The notes under the pieces: generated by a model
What the model was told of the DNA's origin: nothing
Seen by the model: only the letters and a program-made list of their open reading frames with translations
Database searches by the model: none
Translations under genes and position numbers: made by a program
IMG/VR virus record: IMGVR_UViG_3300011254_000489
Span: 23,024 to 87,023 of that record
Reading direction: 5' to 3' (one strand)
Length of the DNA stretch: 64,000 nt
From: a virus
Part shown: positions 20,439 through 30,109 of the stretch, one piece after another
Layout of the letters: each line of letters opens with the position of its first letter
How positions within the stretch are numbered: position 1 is the stretch's first letter

Positions 20439-21203
20439 TTATTCAATGTGAGGTACTCGTACTAAGAATCTATTTTCGTTAGAAAGAAATAGTGGGAAGT
20501 CGTCTTTCATAAAGAGAAAGAAATCTTCATCAAAGAATTTATGGATTGGTGCAGAAAAGGCTACAGTAGAACCATCTCCTATTTGTGTTTCCAATTCTAG
20601 ATTTTTAGCATAGTTCTTAGTAATGTTTCCCGAAGAAATAGTTAGTTGGTTTTCTTTGTGATTCAAAAGGTAAATTCCTGTGTTGATGTTTTCACACATA
20701 TTGATTGCTTCACTGAATTCTCTGTGATTAATCAAGATACCCGATTCAAATTGGGTCTTGTTAAAGGAAGGTAACTCTCCCGAAACAGGTTCAATAGAAG
20801 AAGCAAAGGGTAGTTTCATGCCCATAATAGTATTAATGGAACCGAAATTAGGATGCTCGTTTATCAAAGAAAGAGTCAAAGAAGTATCTTCTGTTTGTAT
20901 CTGTATTGTGTCGTTCAAATACATGATAACATCTCCATTCATCTTTTTTAAGAAAGGAGACATTTCTTTTGCATTTACACAGAACGGTTTTAGAGTTGGG
21001 TCTTCAACCGTACAATCTAAAGTTGAACAAGCAATAAAAGACATATCAGCATTCCAAACTTCTAGTCTTTCTTCTCTGTAAATCATAACTACATGTTTTC
21101 CTAGCATATCGGACTTAACACCTGTACCTGTACCATACTTGCCTCTTACCATTAAGTTAGAAAGAGTCTTTTCTAGTGTCTTTGCATCTACTGTAACTCT
21201 CAT
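20439..21203 (-). CDS. pcn: DNA sliding clamp (PCNA-like)
   Basis: 254 aa, two-domain beta pattern, C-terminal D.P....F..P; adjacent to polB; RFC genes present. Confidence 0.65.
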   Translation of the reverse strand: MRVTVDAKTLEKTLSNLMVRGKYGTGTGVKSDMLGKHVVMIYREERLEVWNADMSFIACSTLDCTVEDPTLKPFCVNAKEMSPFLKKMNGDVIMYLNDTIQIQTEDTSLTLSLINEHPNFGSINTIMGMKLPFASSIEPVSGELPSFNKTQFESGILINHREFSEAINMCENINTGIYLLNHKENQLTISSGNITKNYAKNLELETQIGDGSTVAFSAPIHKFFDEDFFLFMKDDFPLFLSNENRFLVRVPHIE

Positions 21204-22009
21204 ATCTTCATCTCCTTTACGCTATCAATTCCTACCCAATTTACTGAGCCGTCTCTAGCCACTGTTAGGAAGGTGTAATTCTTACCTACTAGGGAAGGGT
21301 AGTATTTACTACTTTTAACAGTAGCAACAAACTCTGTTCCTTTAGCAGTGACTCTTTGCTTAGTGCTAATAATAGAATACAATCGTGAATCTAATCTATT
21401 CCATATTGGTTGGGGTGGGTCATCTCTAAATGGTGGCTTAGTGTGTGTAATGTATATTTGATGACAATTAAGTTTCAATGATTCTTTCAAAACTTCTCTG
21501 TAAGGTTGGTTTCGCTGAAACCATTCTTGTTGTTTTGTAGCCTTCATTTTACGCATTCGGGAATTCTCCATCCCTGTCATGTAAAGAGTACAGTAATCTA
21601 ACCAAGTATCTACTCCATCCCAAACGAATAGAATAGGTTCTTCCGATGAGGCTATTTCATTTTTTACTATAGCAATGAAAGAACGAATGTTTCCTTGAGT
21701 TTGGTAAGGTAGAAACTCACCATCTTCGTCATAGGCCGCAGGATTAAAAATTAGAATTCTATCTGTACTGTTATGATTAGCCTTCCAAGTAGGGACTGCT
21801 CCTTCATCACAATCTAAGTAGAATGTCTTCATACCTGTATCCATAGTTATGCCGGATTTTCCTGTCTTTGCATCACCTTCAATACCCAATAGTAAATGGG
21901 ATTTATTGCTAGTGTTTGTCTTCTTTTGTTCGTTAATTAGCCTTTGAACCAAATCAACATCAATTGCGGTTTGGCTTTCTTTGCTTACTAAATTTTTATT
22001 TTGTATCAT
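21200..22009 (-). CDS. RecA-superfamily ATPase (AAA_24/Sak4-like recombinase)
   Basis: G.AKTGKS, D.D.G, WDGVD, ITH motifs; close to SSB gene. Confidence 0.7.
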   Translation of the reverse strand: MIQNKNLVSKESQTAIDVDLVQRLINEQKKTNTSNKSHLLLGIEGDAKTGKSGITMDTGMKTFYLDCDEGAVPTWKANHNSTDRILIFNPAAYDEDGEFLPYQTQGNIRSFIAIVKNEIASSEEPILFVWDGVDTWLDYCTLYMTGMENSRMRKMKATKQQEWFQRNQPYREVLKESLKLNCHQIYITHTKPPFRDDPPQPIWNRLDSRLYSIISTKQRVTAKGTEFVATVKSSKYYPSLVGKNYTFLTVARDGSVNWVGIDSVKEMKI

Positions 22010-22016
22010 GTGTATT

Positions 22017-22229
22017 TCACCTCTTATTATCTTTCCAAGTTTCTAGTAACTTGGTAACTTCTTCTTCTTCGTTAAAAACTAGTCTAACTTCTTTACCTCC
22101 AATGTGCATTTTTACATGGAAGTTATTGTCATCCCAATTCTGTTTCATGGTGATAAAATCTACATCTCGTAAATCAACCATCCACTTTCCGTCTTCATAG
22201 ACAAAGTTTGTACCTTGATATTCAATCAT
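22017..22229 (-). CDS. Hypothetical protein
   Basis: ORF in operon; start refined to MIEY. Confidence 0.55.
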   Translation of the reverse strand: MIEYQGTNFVYEDGKWMVDLRDVDFITMKQNWDDNNFHVKMHIGGKEVRLVFNEEEEVTKLLETWKDNKR

Positions 22230-22435
22230 CAGTATTCCTCTCCTGTCCAACGGCAGTAACTAGACATGAACTCTTCAAAGAATTTCATAGTAGTTTTCTG
22301 TACGATTGTCCCTCCACTTGAGTAGAGTTTCACGGTGACATAATTATCCGGTTCGTGGTTCCAACTAATGTGTTGGATATTTTCAAACCTAATAAATGCT
22401 AAATCTGTTTTTATTGCTTTTCTGTATAGTTTCAT
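22229..22435 (-). CDS. Hypothetical protein
   Basis: Start refined to MKLY after GAGGA RBS. Confidence 0.55.
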   Translation of the reverse strand: MKLYRKAIKTDLAFIRFENIQHISWNHEPDNYVTVKLYSSGGTIVQKTTMKFFEEFMSSYCRWTGEEY

Positions 22436-22454
22436 TTTAATTCCTCTAAGGATA

Positions 22455-22508
22455 GGGCTTTGCACCCATCCGAACATCAGTTTGTACCTTTAGTCTATGT
22501 TTACACTA
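22455..22508 (-). ncRNA. Candidate structured RNA motif, copy A
   Basis: AGTGTA-stem(AACAT/ATGTT)-CGGAT-GGGTGCAAAGCCC; second copy at 38609-38651. Confidence 0.45.
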
Positions 22509-22553
22509 AATTCCACTTAATCTGTTGGTATCATAAATTAGTGGGTTTGGAAA

Positions 22554-23765
22554 TCAAAACCAATCTAGGTCTTCCTCCGTAGCCTGTTCAATCTCTACTA
22601 CTTGACCTCGGCGTTCTTTTACAAGAAGCCCTGTAAGGTTGATAGTAACAGGTTGTAGTCCTTCATCTGTTTCCCTTTGTGAAGTTCTACCAACAACAGT
22701 AACGGCGGAGCCAATACCAAAGTCAATGTCCACATTTTCGGGAACCCAACAAGTTACCATACCGTCATTCTCGTAATCAAAGTCTGCGGCTAGGTCAGTA
22801 ATGTTAATGATTCTATTACCGTTACCTGTAGGTGTCATGTTGATATTACAAACAGTACCGTTAGTAATAACAAAGCGTTTTGGTGATGGTAAATCACGCA
22901 ACTCATCATGCTTGTCTTGTAGGTTTCCTAGATACACGACATTGTTAGATGCAACATTAGCAATCATGTTAGTCATGTTTAAGGAAGAAGTGTCACGGTA
23001 AAGGTCACTGTTAGGGTCTTGTTCTTCGTTAATTCTCAAACTACCAATGGTCTTATCGGTGAATCCATAGATAAATCCATCTCTATTAGAATCCTTAATG
23101 ACAACCATATTCAACCATGAGAATGTCTTAGGAGTAAATTCAATTCCTCCCTTGTTCTTATAGGAGAAGTTGTAAAGATTGTACTCTTCGTCATCTCCTA
23201 CCTTACCAATAAAGACACCACTTCTACGCATTACTGAGTTTAGTGGCTTACCATAGTTTTTGTTTTCGCCACCGTTTTGATAGCGAGCATTGTTGTCCAA
23301 AGGAATGATGATAGAACCATCTTCTAATTCCTGTACGCAGTCGGGTAGATTCTTAACCTTTCTCTCTTGGATTGCATCATTGTGGAAACGGGAGACTGAA
23401 TAAAATCCATTCTCTGCTTCTTCAACAATAGCAACGAATCCCTTTTGATGAGCGTTGTATGGGTCATTCTTCCATTCTTCTACGGCTCGTCGTCGGTTGT
23501 ATTCGTTTAAGTCTCTTGGTTCTTCAAGAGCCAAAAAGAATCCAAAGGCTTGCTTTGCAAGTCCCCCTCCCCCTCCGGTGGTTGTTGTTGTGTTCTGTGA
23601 CTTTTGGCTTCTAATTTGTTGTGCGGCGTAACTACGCCATAGTGCGATAGCAATTGGGCTATCAGCACCCACACCATTTTCGGCACAAATTTCGTCAAAT
23701 TTCAATTGAGCATCCTCTAGTGGAATACTCAACTTCTCTGCGGCTTTTACAATTTCGTTTTGCAT
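22554..23765 (-). CDS. Single-stranded DNA-binding protein (RPA/OB-fold)
   Basis: C-terminal OB fold (G.V......I.D...CW...G..V.VVG), acidic-aromatic tail EEDLDWF; between RFC and recombinase. Confidence 0.65.
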   Translation of the reverse strand: MQNEIVKAAEKLSIPLEDAQLKFDEICAENGVGADSPIAIALWRSYAAQQIRSQKSQNTTTTTGGGGGLAKQAFGFFLALEEPRDLNEYNRRRAVEEWKNDPYNAHQKGFVAIVEEAENGFYSVSRFHNDAIQERKVKNLPDCVQELEDGSIIIPLDNNARYQNGGENKNYGKPLNSVMRRSGVFIGKVGDDEEYNLYNFSYKNKGGIEFTPKTFSWLNMVVIKDSNRDGFIYGFTDKTIGSLRINEEQDPNSDLYRDTSSLNMTNMIANVASNNVVYLGNLQDKHDELRDLPSPKRFVITNGTVCNINMTPTGNGNRIINITDLAADFDYENDGMVTCWVPENVDIDFGIGSAVTVVGRTSQRETDEGLQPVTINLTGLLVKERRGQVVEIEQATEEDLDWF

Positions 23766-23778
23766 TTGTTTTTCCCTC

Positions 23779-24690
23779 CTATATTAGTTGGCCTACCATC
23801 CATGAAGCAAGCAATTTCGGGGTCATGGTGGTAGAACGCCACTCCCCTTCTCCAATTACTCGCAGGAATTTCAATTTCATTTTAGCCTCCATATCACACT
23901 TGATTGTGTAATCGTGGAGTCCAATACAGATTTCCTTTACGGAACGACCTGCGTAAATAGACTGATGAATTTTTTCAAGTGAACCATTAGCATTTCTATT
24001 TACAATTTCATTTATTATTTCTTCGTACTCTTCTAGACCTTTTTCAATTTGTCTCGTTAGTGTTGTACCCGACACGATACCGGCCTGTAACTCGGTAAGT
24101 GTTCTACGCAAATCACCATGAAGAGAGTATATGAAGGTTCCCAAATCCTCATCCGTTAAGTGAGTATGTGCTTCCTTCTTCAAAATCATTTTCGTGATTC
24201 TCAATACCAAATCATATGGTAAAGGCTTGAATCGGTAGTTTGCACATCTACTTTGAAGTGCGTGAATGATTTTGTTTTTATCATTGCAAGTAATAATAAA
24301 TCTAACATTGTTAGAGTATCTTTCCATGATTCTCTTCAATGCGTTTTGAGCATCATTGGTCATCCCATCCATCTCATCTAACAAGATGATGCGAAAGGGA
24401 ACAGTACCAATAGTACCGCTTTGTGCGATTTCTTTAATCCTTGTTCTAACTGTTTCTAGTCTTCTGTCATCGGAGGCATTTATTTCAAAGAAGTTTTCTT
24501 TGACATGAATACCTAGAATAGCATTAGCAAGAACAAAGGCTACACTAGTTTTACCTGTACCCGATGAACCATAAAGTAGAACATTGGGCATTACTTGTTC
24601 TTTAGCCCAAGACTCTGCATCCATTACAAAGTGTTCTTGTCCTACAATTTCACTTAGTTTAGTTGGTCTGTATTTCTCTGTCCATAACAT
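23779..24690 (-). CDS. rfcS: Replication factor C small subunit (clamp loader)
   Basis: WTEKYRP, GTGKT, EINASD, LDEMD.MT..AQ.AL, SRC, GDLR. Confidence 0.95.
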   Translation of the reverse strand: MLWTEKYRPTKLSEIVGQEHFVMDAESWAKEQVMPNVLLYGSSGTGKTSVAFVLANAILGIHVKENFFEINASDDRRLETVRTRIKEIAQSGTIGTVPFRIILLDEMDGMTNDAQNALKRIMERYSNNVRFIITCNDKNKIIHALQSRCANYRFKPLPYDLVLRITKMILKKEAHTHLTDEDLGTFIYSLHGDLRRTLTELQAGIVSGTTLTRQIEKGLEEYEEIINEIVNRNANGSLEKIHQSIYAGRSVKEICIGLHDYTIKCDMEAKMKLKFLRVIGEGEWRSTTMTPKLLASWMVGQLI

Positions 24691-24902
24691 TATATCCTCT
24701 CCAATTTATATTTTATATCTACTATCTTACCTTCAACTTCTCTAATTGCTCTAGGTAATTCAATTTCAATATGATGGGGTTTGCAAATATCTACCCAATT
24801 TAAATTGTCATAAATCATTTCTATGTCTATCAATTGTTCTAGTAGTTCGTTGTAGTCTCTTAGATTGTTTTCTATTTCTTTTACTCTTTCTACTGCGCTC
24901 AT
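24690..24902 (-). CDS. Hypothetical protein
   Basis: ORF with GGAGG RBS. Confidence 0.5.
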   Translation of the reverse strand: MSAVERVKEIENNLRDYNELLEQLIDIEMIYDNLNWVDICKPHHIEIELPRAIREVEGKIVDIKYKLERI

Positions 24903-24904
24903 TT

Positions 24905-25138
24905 TTATTCCTCCTTAAAGAAATACCTAAGAGCCGAAGGTAATTGCTCAATTATCTTCGCTCGTATTTCATCGTCCATTCTAGATTGGTATTCTCTAGA
25001 CATTTTGTTAATTTGATTGTAGGATTGCACACTGTCAATTTTTGAATTGAGTTTGTTGGTCATGTGCATTAACCTATTATTGATAATTTTAATCTCTCTT
25101 TCTATATCTTCTATTTTAATTTCTATTTCTGTCTTCAT
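24905..25138 (-). CDS. Hypothetical coiled-coil protein
   Basis: ORF with GGAGG RBS. Confidence 0.5.
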   Translation of the reverse strand: MKTEIEIKIEDIEREIKIINNRLMHMTNKLNSKIDSVQSYNQINKMSREYQSRMDDEIRAKIIEQLPSALRYFFKEE

Positions 25139-25140
25139 TT

Positions 25141-25542
25141 TTATTCCTCCATTATCACTCCGTCTTTAACATTAACATTTTTTATTAAAATGTTCGGTTG
25201 TTGTTGTTCTCTAAAAACAGGAACTTCTTTTATCACTTCTATTTCTCTAAGAACTTCAACTTCTTTTATCACTTCAACTTCTTTTACAGTAGTCCTCATC
25301 TGCACATACCAAAGTTGAGGATAATAAAATATATGATACATTAAAGGAAAACCTGTTAAATGGATTAACAACAATAACATAAACCAATCAACATTTCCAT
25401 CAGTAATCACATACACATATGCTATTAAAGTACACAGATTTAGTGCGAAAAATCCTGCTAAAGACCTCATTCTTATTCTATCATAATGAATTAATTTTAT
25501 TCCGCCTTTACTTGCTATTCGTATTTCATCGTAATCAATCAT
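25141..25542 (-). CDS. Membrane protein with EV(I/L)K repeats
   Basis: Two TM helices then VKEVEVIKEVEVLREIEVIKEV. Confidence 0.55.
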   Translation of the reverse strand: MIDYDEIRIASKGGIKLIHYDRIRMRSLAGFFALNLCTLIAYVYVITDGNVDWFMLLLLIHLTGFPLMYHIFYYPQLWYVQMRTTVKEVEVIKEVEVLREIEVIKEVPVFREQQQPNILIKNVNVKDGVIMEE

Positions 25543-25544
25543 TT

Positions 25545-25784
25545 TTATTTCTCCTTTAATTCCCATAGGGATATTTTGTTTGGTAGATAGGAATGTCTAC
25601 TAAACTCTTTTTGTCGCATAATCTGTCCTATTCTATTAGAACAAATCCTACTGTTCTTCAACTTAATATTGTTAAGTAGTCTTTCTTTTAATTCAATAGT
25701 ACTAAGAGGCGACTCATTATCAAGCACCCGCACTATTTCTTTTTTAATTCGTTTGTAGTTTCCCGATGATTTACTCTTTCCCAT
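25545..25784 (-). CDS. Small winged-helix DNA-binding protein
   Basis: LST.EL...I.QI....F...W wHTH pattern. Confidence 0.5.
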   Translation of the reverse strand: MGKSKSSGNYKRIKKEIVRVLDNESPLSTIELKERLLNNIKLKNSRICSNRIGQIMRQKEFSRHSYLPNKISLWELKEK

Positions 25785-25998
25785 TCTCTTCATCTCCTAC
25801 TTCCCATTCAGCATTCTTACCTTCTCCTATTTTAGTAAATTTGCTAGATTTTAGAATGGAGCCTAATTGATTAGCAGTTATGCCCCACTTGGTTTTTCTA
25901 TTAATATACTCAAAGATTTCTTGAGTTGATTTCTTCCCACTACTGATATATTGTTTTATTTTATCAGCGTGTCTTTCTGTTTTTTTCTTTTTGCTCAT
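25771..25998 (-). CDS. Small winged-helix DNA-binding protein
   Basis: STQEI.EYIN....G.T.NQLGSIL...F...W; similar to neighbour and to 38811-39062. Confidence 0.55.
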   Translation of the reverse strand: MSKKKKTERHADKIKQYISSGKKSTQEIFEYINRKTKWGITANQLGSILKSSKFTKIGEGKNAEWEVGDEENGKE

Positions 25999-26843
25999 AG
26001 GAATTCCTCCAATGAAAACTGTTTAGTTTTTTTCTTTCTAATACTGAGTGTTTTTTTCTCGCCTAATCCCATCAATCTGCATTCTTCGTTGTTGAATTTT
26101 GACAGTGCATATTTTCTAAAGTCGTTATCCTGTAGTAGTTGCTTGAATAACTTATGTTCGTGAGGGGCCAAACCGACCCTTTTTAATAATCTAGGAACCT
26201 TAGAGTACTTTCCCCTCTTAGGCATAGTGGCCCTTCTAAACATTTTACCTTCATGACAATAGGCAAGCATCTCATAAAAGTAGCGTTGAGGCCAACGGCG
26301 TTTAACTACACCATCAACAAAGAGTAATTTGTTTGGGTGTAGGTTTTCATTTAACCAAGAAATGATTTGAGTGTCTGCGGGTTTGTTAAACAAAAGTAAT
26401 TCTCTAATTAAATCTCTATTGCCGCTTTTTAGGTATTCATTTATTAGACTAAATACATCTCTTTCGTAGGAAAAAGGTTCTTCACTTCTAGGTGCTATTT
26501 CTTTTAACTGCTCCTGTATGTGTTGTTTAGAACCGACTCTTTTAATTTTGCAAATCTTTTTTATTTCCTTCGGGATAGATTTTTGATTAATAGAAGTTAA
26601 TACTACTGTACCTCTATACTTAAGAATAATATCTACTATTTCTTTCGTCATTGGTTTATAGTGTATGTCTTCTATGATTATACCTAACTCAATAGGTACG
26701 GAGAAAATATCCTTTATGTCAATGACATTAGCATACTGATAAACTGCATTGGGTAGCATTTCTTTTACTGTTGTAGTCTTACCTGTTCCTGCCTTTCCTA
26801 CGAAAATTTCTGTTCTGTCTTTATTTATATTCGTTAAACCCAT
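25995..26843 (-). CDS. RFC large subunit-like, degenerate clamp-loader AAA+
   Basis: G.AGTGKTT, IIED, WLNEN motif reminiscent of archaeal RfcL; ends FSLEEF (PIP-like). Confidence 0.6.
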   Translation of the reverse strand: MGLTNINKDRTEIFVGKAGTGKTTTVKEMLPNAVYQYANVIDIKDIFSVPIELGIIIEDIHYKPMTKEIVDIILKYRGTVVLTSINQKSIPKEIKKICKIKRVGSKQHIQEQLKEIAPRSEEPFSYERDVFSLINEYLKSGNRDLIRELLLFNKPADTQIISWLNENLHPNKLLFVDGVVKRRWPQRYFYEMLAYCHEGKMFRRATMPKRGKYSKVPRLLKRVGLAPHEHKLFKQLLQDNDFRKYALSKFNNEECRLMGLGEKKTLSIRKKKTKQFSLEEFL

Positions 26844-27216
26844 TTAGATTCCCCTTTATTATTAGTATTTGTTCTAGACCTTCTAAGGTCAGATGTTTTT
26901 TGTGTTGGACTATATCATGTATCCTTCTAAAGTCTGTGAGTTTCTTTGAGAGGGAGTCCAACCCTCTAGGGATTATATGTAATAGGTGTTTTACATTGTT
27001 TTTGCTTATTACTAATCGGTCACTTTGTAGACTATGAGGAAAATTCCTTTGTGTCAAACTTCTAGACAATGCCGCTAATAACTCTTGATTAGAAGACGCT
27101 ACTATTATTTGAAGAGTACAAGAGTACCCAATGTTCGTACTTTCACTAATTTCTACCTTAGAATAAAAATTACCCTTTGCTAAAAGAATACCAACTATCA
27201 TGTCTCTAGATAACAT
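26821..27216 (-). CDS. LAGLIDADG-fold protein, probably catalytically degenerate
   Basis: IVGILLAKGNF LAGLIDADG-like helix; HLTLEGLEQI C-terminal motif. Confidence 0.6.
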   Translation of the reverse strand: MLSRDMIVGILLAKGNFYSKVEISESTNIGYSCTLQIIVASSNQELLAALSRSLTQRNFPHSLQSDRLVISKNNVKHLLHIIPRGLDSLSKKLTDFRRIHDIVQHKKHLTLEGLEQILIIKGNLNGFNEYK

Positions 27217-27496
27217 AATCTACAACTCCTAGATAATTATTATTTATTCCTTCATGTTTCAAGAAAAATTGTATATTAGATACTACAAGGGATTCATCTA
27301 AACTAGAAAGATACACTTCTATATTTGTATTAGTATATTTGAAGAATACTCTACTTGTATCTTTTTTATGTCTTAACCAATGGGCATTAAACAGTTCTAA
27401 AGTCATTCTTTGATTCACCGAAATGTCGTCTTCTAAATAGAAGACTAGTTTCTTCTTGTTTGGTAGTCTGTCAAATTCCTTCATACAATCCCTCAA
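27206..27496 (-). CDS. Hypothetical protein
   Basis: ORF in operon. Confidence 0.5.
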   Translation of the reverse strand: MRDCMKEFDRLPNKKKLVFYLEDDISVNQRMTLELFNAHWLRHKKDTSRVFFKYTNTNIEVYLSSLDESLVVSNIQFFLKHEGINNNYLGVVDYVI

Positions 27497-29022
27497 AATA
27501 AGTTTATTACATCTTCAATGGTGTTTATTTGGCTAAGGATTTTATCATCTCTAATTCTATCCTTTCTAGGAAACCTTAGTCCTAGTTTCCCATTAGTATT
27601 TCTAGTAACTGCGTCAGCAGTAACAGAGATAATTATTGAAGGTGTTACGGAATAATTCTCGGAAGAAGAATCATAATTAGAAACGAGTCTACGGCATTTA
27701 GAAGTCAAAGAAACTAAATCATCATCGCTAAAACCAATACCAACTCTACCTATTGGTTCGTATCCGCTATCGGAAGACGAAGATAATACGCTAATTTCAA
27801 AACTAGAGAATAGATTTGCGTTAGAATGTTCTCCATACCTTGCTCCGGTAATCACCACATCTAAATCAATTTGAGCCGGTTTGTACTTAATCCACTTCCT
27901 CTTAGAAGGGTGATATTCCTCGCCCATGTCCTTGACCATGATGCCCTCAAAGCCTCCTGCAATCGCTTGATTGTAAAAGGCGAAAGGGTCGCCATCAACC
28001 ACCCGTAGGGCTTGATGAGGTAAAGAAGAGAAGGTTTCAAGGCGCACTCTCAAAGGATAGGCCATTATAGACACACCATTCATTTTCAAGCAATCAAACA
28101 CTACCCATTCTACAGGACACTTCAAAATCAAATCCGAATTTATGTTCTTTGAATGAACCCGTTTATTCATTTGCTGATGAGCAACAGGATAGCCGCTACC
28201 ATCTACAGGATATATCTCCCCGTCTAAGATGAAATCGTCCTCTTCATATACTAGTATCTTTTCTATAATATCGGGAAATTGATAATTAACTACTTTCCCT
28301 TTTCTATTAAAGATAATAACTGAATCCTTCTTCTTATGTATTTGATACCTATTACCATCGTACTTAATATCATAGATTGCATCCTCCGGCCATTTCTTGA
28401 AAGGTTGGACTTTAGCCAACATTGGTGAAACAAATTTACCATGCACTAAATTTAGTGGTGGGCTTCTATTCATTTCATAATAAGAAGTAACTGAAACTAT
28501 ACTGTTTAGAGAACAGTCTCGTTGTACTTCCTGTTGAGTTTTATTGTATTTCTTTGCTAGAACCTTTTGTATGGTTTTCTCGCCTATCTTGTTGTTGGGG
28601 GTTCTAATCCAAAATTTGACAAACCACTTTCTTTCGTAGTCCGACATTGATAGGAAGGCTTCTTGAATTGTGTCAAATGAAAGTGTCCTAGAAGAACAGT
28701 CTAACTCTAGAAGTTGGATAATTCTCTTGAGACTATATTCTTCTTCCGAATCAAAGGTTTCCATTAAAGATACCGCTTCTCCAATATCATTAGTAGCGTC
28801 ATACAATGCGTCTAATTCTTCGTCAAAGACTCCGAAGAAAGAAGATAACCACTTCTTTGCTTTAGTCAAACCTATATTATTCTTCTCTAAATCAAGACTT
28901 AGAATCTTTACTAAGTCTGTTGGACTAAAATTCTCCATTTCCTTTGTAAGTCGGTTCACTTGTGTTGTCGGCGTTTGGTAGCAAATCGCTTCCATTAATC
29001 GGGATAGTCTTTTCATCGTCAT
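27493..29022 (-). CDS. lig: ATP-dependent DNA ligase
   Basis: PMLA, KYDGNR, ILDGE, FD, EGIMVK, W.KYK, LRFPR..RIR.DK. Confidence 0.95.
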   Translation of the reverse strand: MTMKRLSRLMEAICYQTPTTQVNRLTKEMENFSPTDLVKILSLDLEKNNIGLTKAKKWLSSFFGVFDEELDALYDATNDIGEAVSLMETFDSEEEYSLKRIIQLLELDCSSRTLSFDTIQEAFLSMSDYERKWFVKFWIRTPNNKIGEKTIQKVLAKKYNKTQQEVQRDCSLNSIVSVTSYYEMNRSPPLNLVHGKFVSPMLAKVQPFKKWPEDAIYDIKYDGNRYQIHKKKDSVIIFNRKGKVVNYQFPDIIEKILVYEEDDFILDGEIYPVDGSGYPVAHQQMNKRVHSKNINSDLILKCPVEWVVFDCLKMNGVSIMAYPLRVRLETFSSLPHQALRVVDGDPFAFYNQAIAGGFEGIMVKDMGEEYHPSKRKWIKYKPAQIDLDVVITGARYGEHSNANLFSSFEISVLSSSSDSGYEPIGRVGIGFSDDDLVSLTSKCRRLVSNYDSSSENYSVTPSIIISVTADAVTRNTNGKLGLRFPRKDRIRDDKILSQINTIEDVINLF

Positions 29023-29149
29023 CTATTATCAACTCTTTATTTTCATTTAATGTTTGGATTATTTCTCTAATGTTGTCCTTCATTTTTGGTTTTACTTTGG
29101 AAACAGACCAAAGATATTTTGCTAATTCAACCCATTCATTCTTCTTCAT
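28925..29149 (-). CDS. Hypothetical protein
   Basis: ORF after GGTGA RBS. Confidence 0.5.
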   Translation of the reverse strand: MKKNEWVELAKYLWSVSKVKPKMKDNIREIIQTLNENKELIIDDDEKTIPINGSDLLPNADNTSEPTYKGNGEF

Positions 29150-29501
29150 TAACATCACCTTGATGGGAAGAAATCTCAGCATTTATTCTAGAAAAGTTCT
29201 GCATCATCTTCTGCAAAACTTCGGATAGGTCTAACCTATCTACTGACTCGGCGGCTAATTGCATGTAAGTCATTGTCCCTATGACAATAGGAAAAGAAAT
29301 TGTATTGAAAGTGCTACCAACAATAAGTGACCAATGCACTACAAAAGCACCTCTTACTTGTTCATTGGTATTTTGTACTTTAGGCCAAACAGAAGAAAAG
29401 TCTTCTTTGAATTGTTTGGGTATTTTCTTTTCGTGTCCAATAGCCCACTTTGAAAATTCTTTTGGTTTTTTGGACAACAGTTTTAGTTTACTAATCTTCA
29501 T
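29136..29501 (-). CDS. Hypothetical protein
   Basis: ORF in operon. Confidence 0.55.
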   Translation of the reverse strand: MKISKLKLLSKKPKEFSKWAIGHEKKIPKQFKEDFSSVWPKVQNTNEQVRGAFVVHWSLIVGSTFNTISFPIVIGTMTYMQLAAESVDRLDLSEVLQKMMQNFSRINAEISSHQGDVNEEE

Positions 29502-29713
29502 TATTCTTCCTCTCCTACAAACATATTTGTTAGAATTCTATAAAGGACTTTGGCTTCTATCATATTGAGCCGTATCCCTTTTCTTGTTGGTTTTTCATCT
29601 TTATACCAACGAACATCTAGAACCTCTATTCCATAATAGCGGCCTTGATGTACTTTTACTTCTTGAGTACTATTTCTAATAACTCTACCTTTGAATTCCA
29701 TATCGTCATTCAA
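29501..29713 (-). CDS. PC4/YdbC-like ssDNA-binding protein
   Basis: Y.G..VLDVRWY....PTRKGI.L motif. Confidence 0.85.
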   Translation of the reverse strand: MNDDMEFKGRVIRNSTQEVKVHQGRYYGIEVLDVRWYKDEKPTRKGIRLNMIEAKVLYRILTNMFVGEEE

Positions 29714-30107
29714 GCATCCATCCCTCCTTGAATTTCTTTACTTCCTTCCTAGAAAGAAAATATCTAGGCGTATCTAATTCATCTAAACGATTAACAACCC
29801 AACAGGCTCCGCCTAAACTGGATATTTGTACGATTTCGTACTGGCCTCCGCTAACTTCACAAACTTCTTTTGTGTTTATGTCGGGGGTTAGACCATACAT
29901 TCTAGTAATTTCCGAGGCAACATCGTGTATGTTATCAACTACATACTTGATAATATGCGCCCTTTGGATAGGTATTTTAGGAGCAACATTGATTTCTAAC
30001 TTACCACTCAAGTTACAGACTTTGCATTTATTACCTTCGCAAATAGGACAGGTAATCCTAGACTTATGAGGGGCAGGAAGCGTAACAGTGATTGCTCTTT
30101 TTTTCAT
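29706..30107 (-). CDS. Hypothetical protein with DnaJ-type CxxCxG zinc motif
   Basis: CPICEG..CKVC..SG; next to groEL. Confidence 0.55.
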   Translation of the reverse strand: MKKRAITVTLPAPHKSRITCPICEGNKCKVCNLSGKLEINVAPKIPIQRAHIIKYVVDNIHDVASEITRMYGLTPDINTKEVCEVSGGQYEIVQISSLGGACWVVNRLDELDTPRYFLSRKEVKKFKEGWMLE

Positions 30108-30109
30108 TA

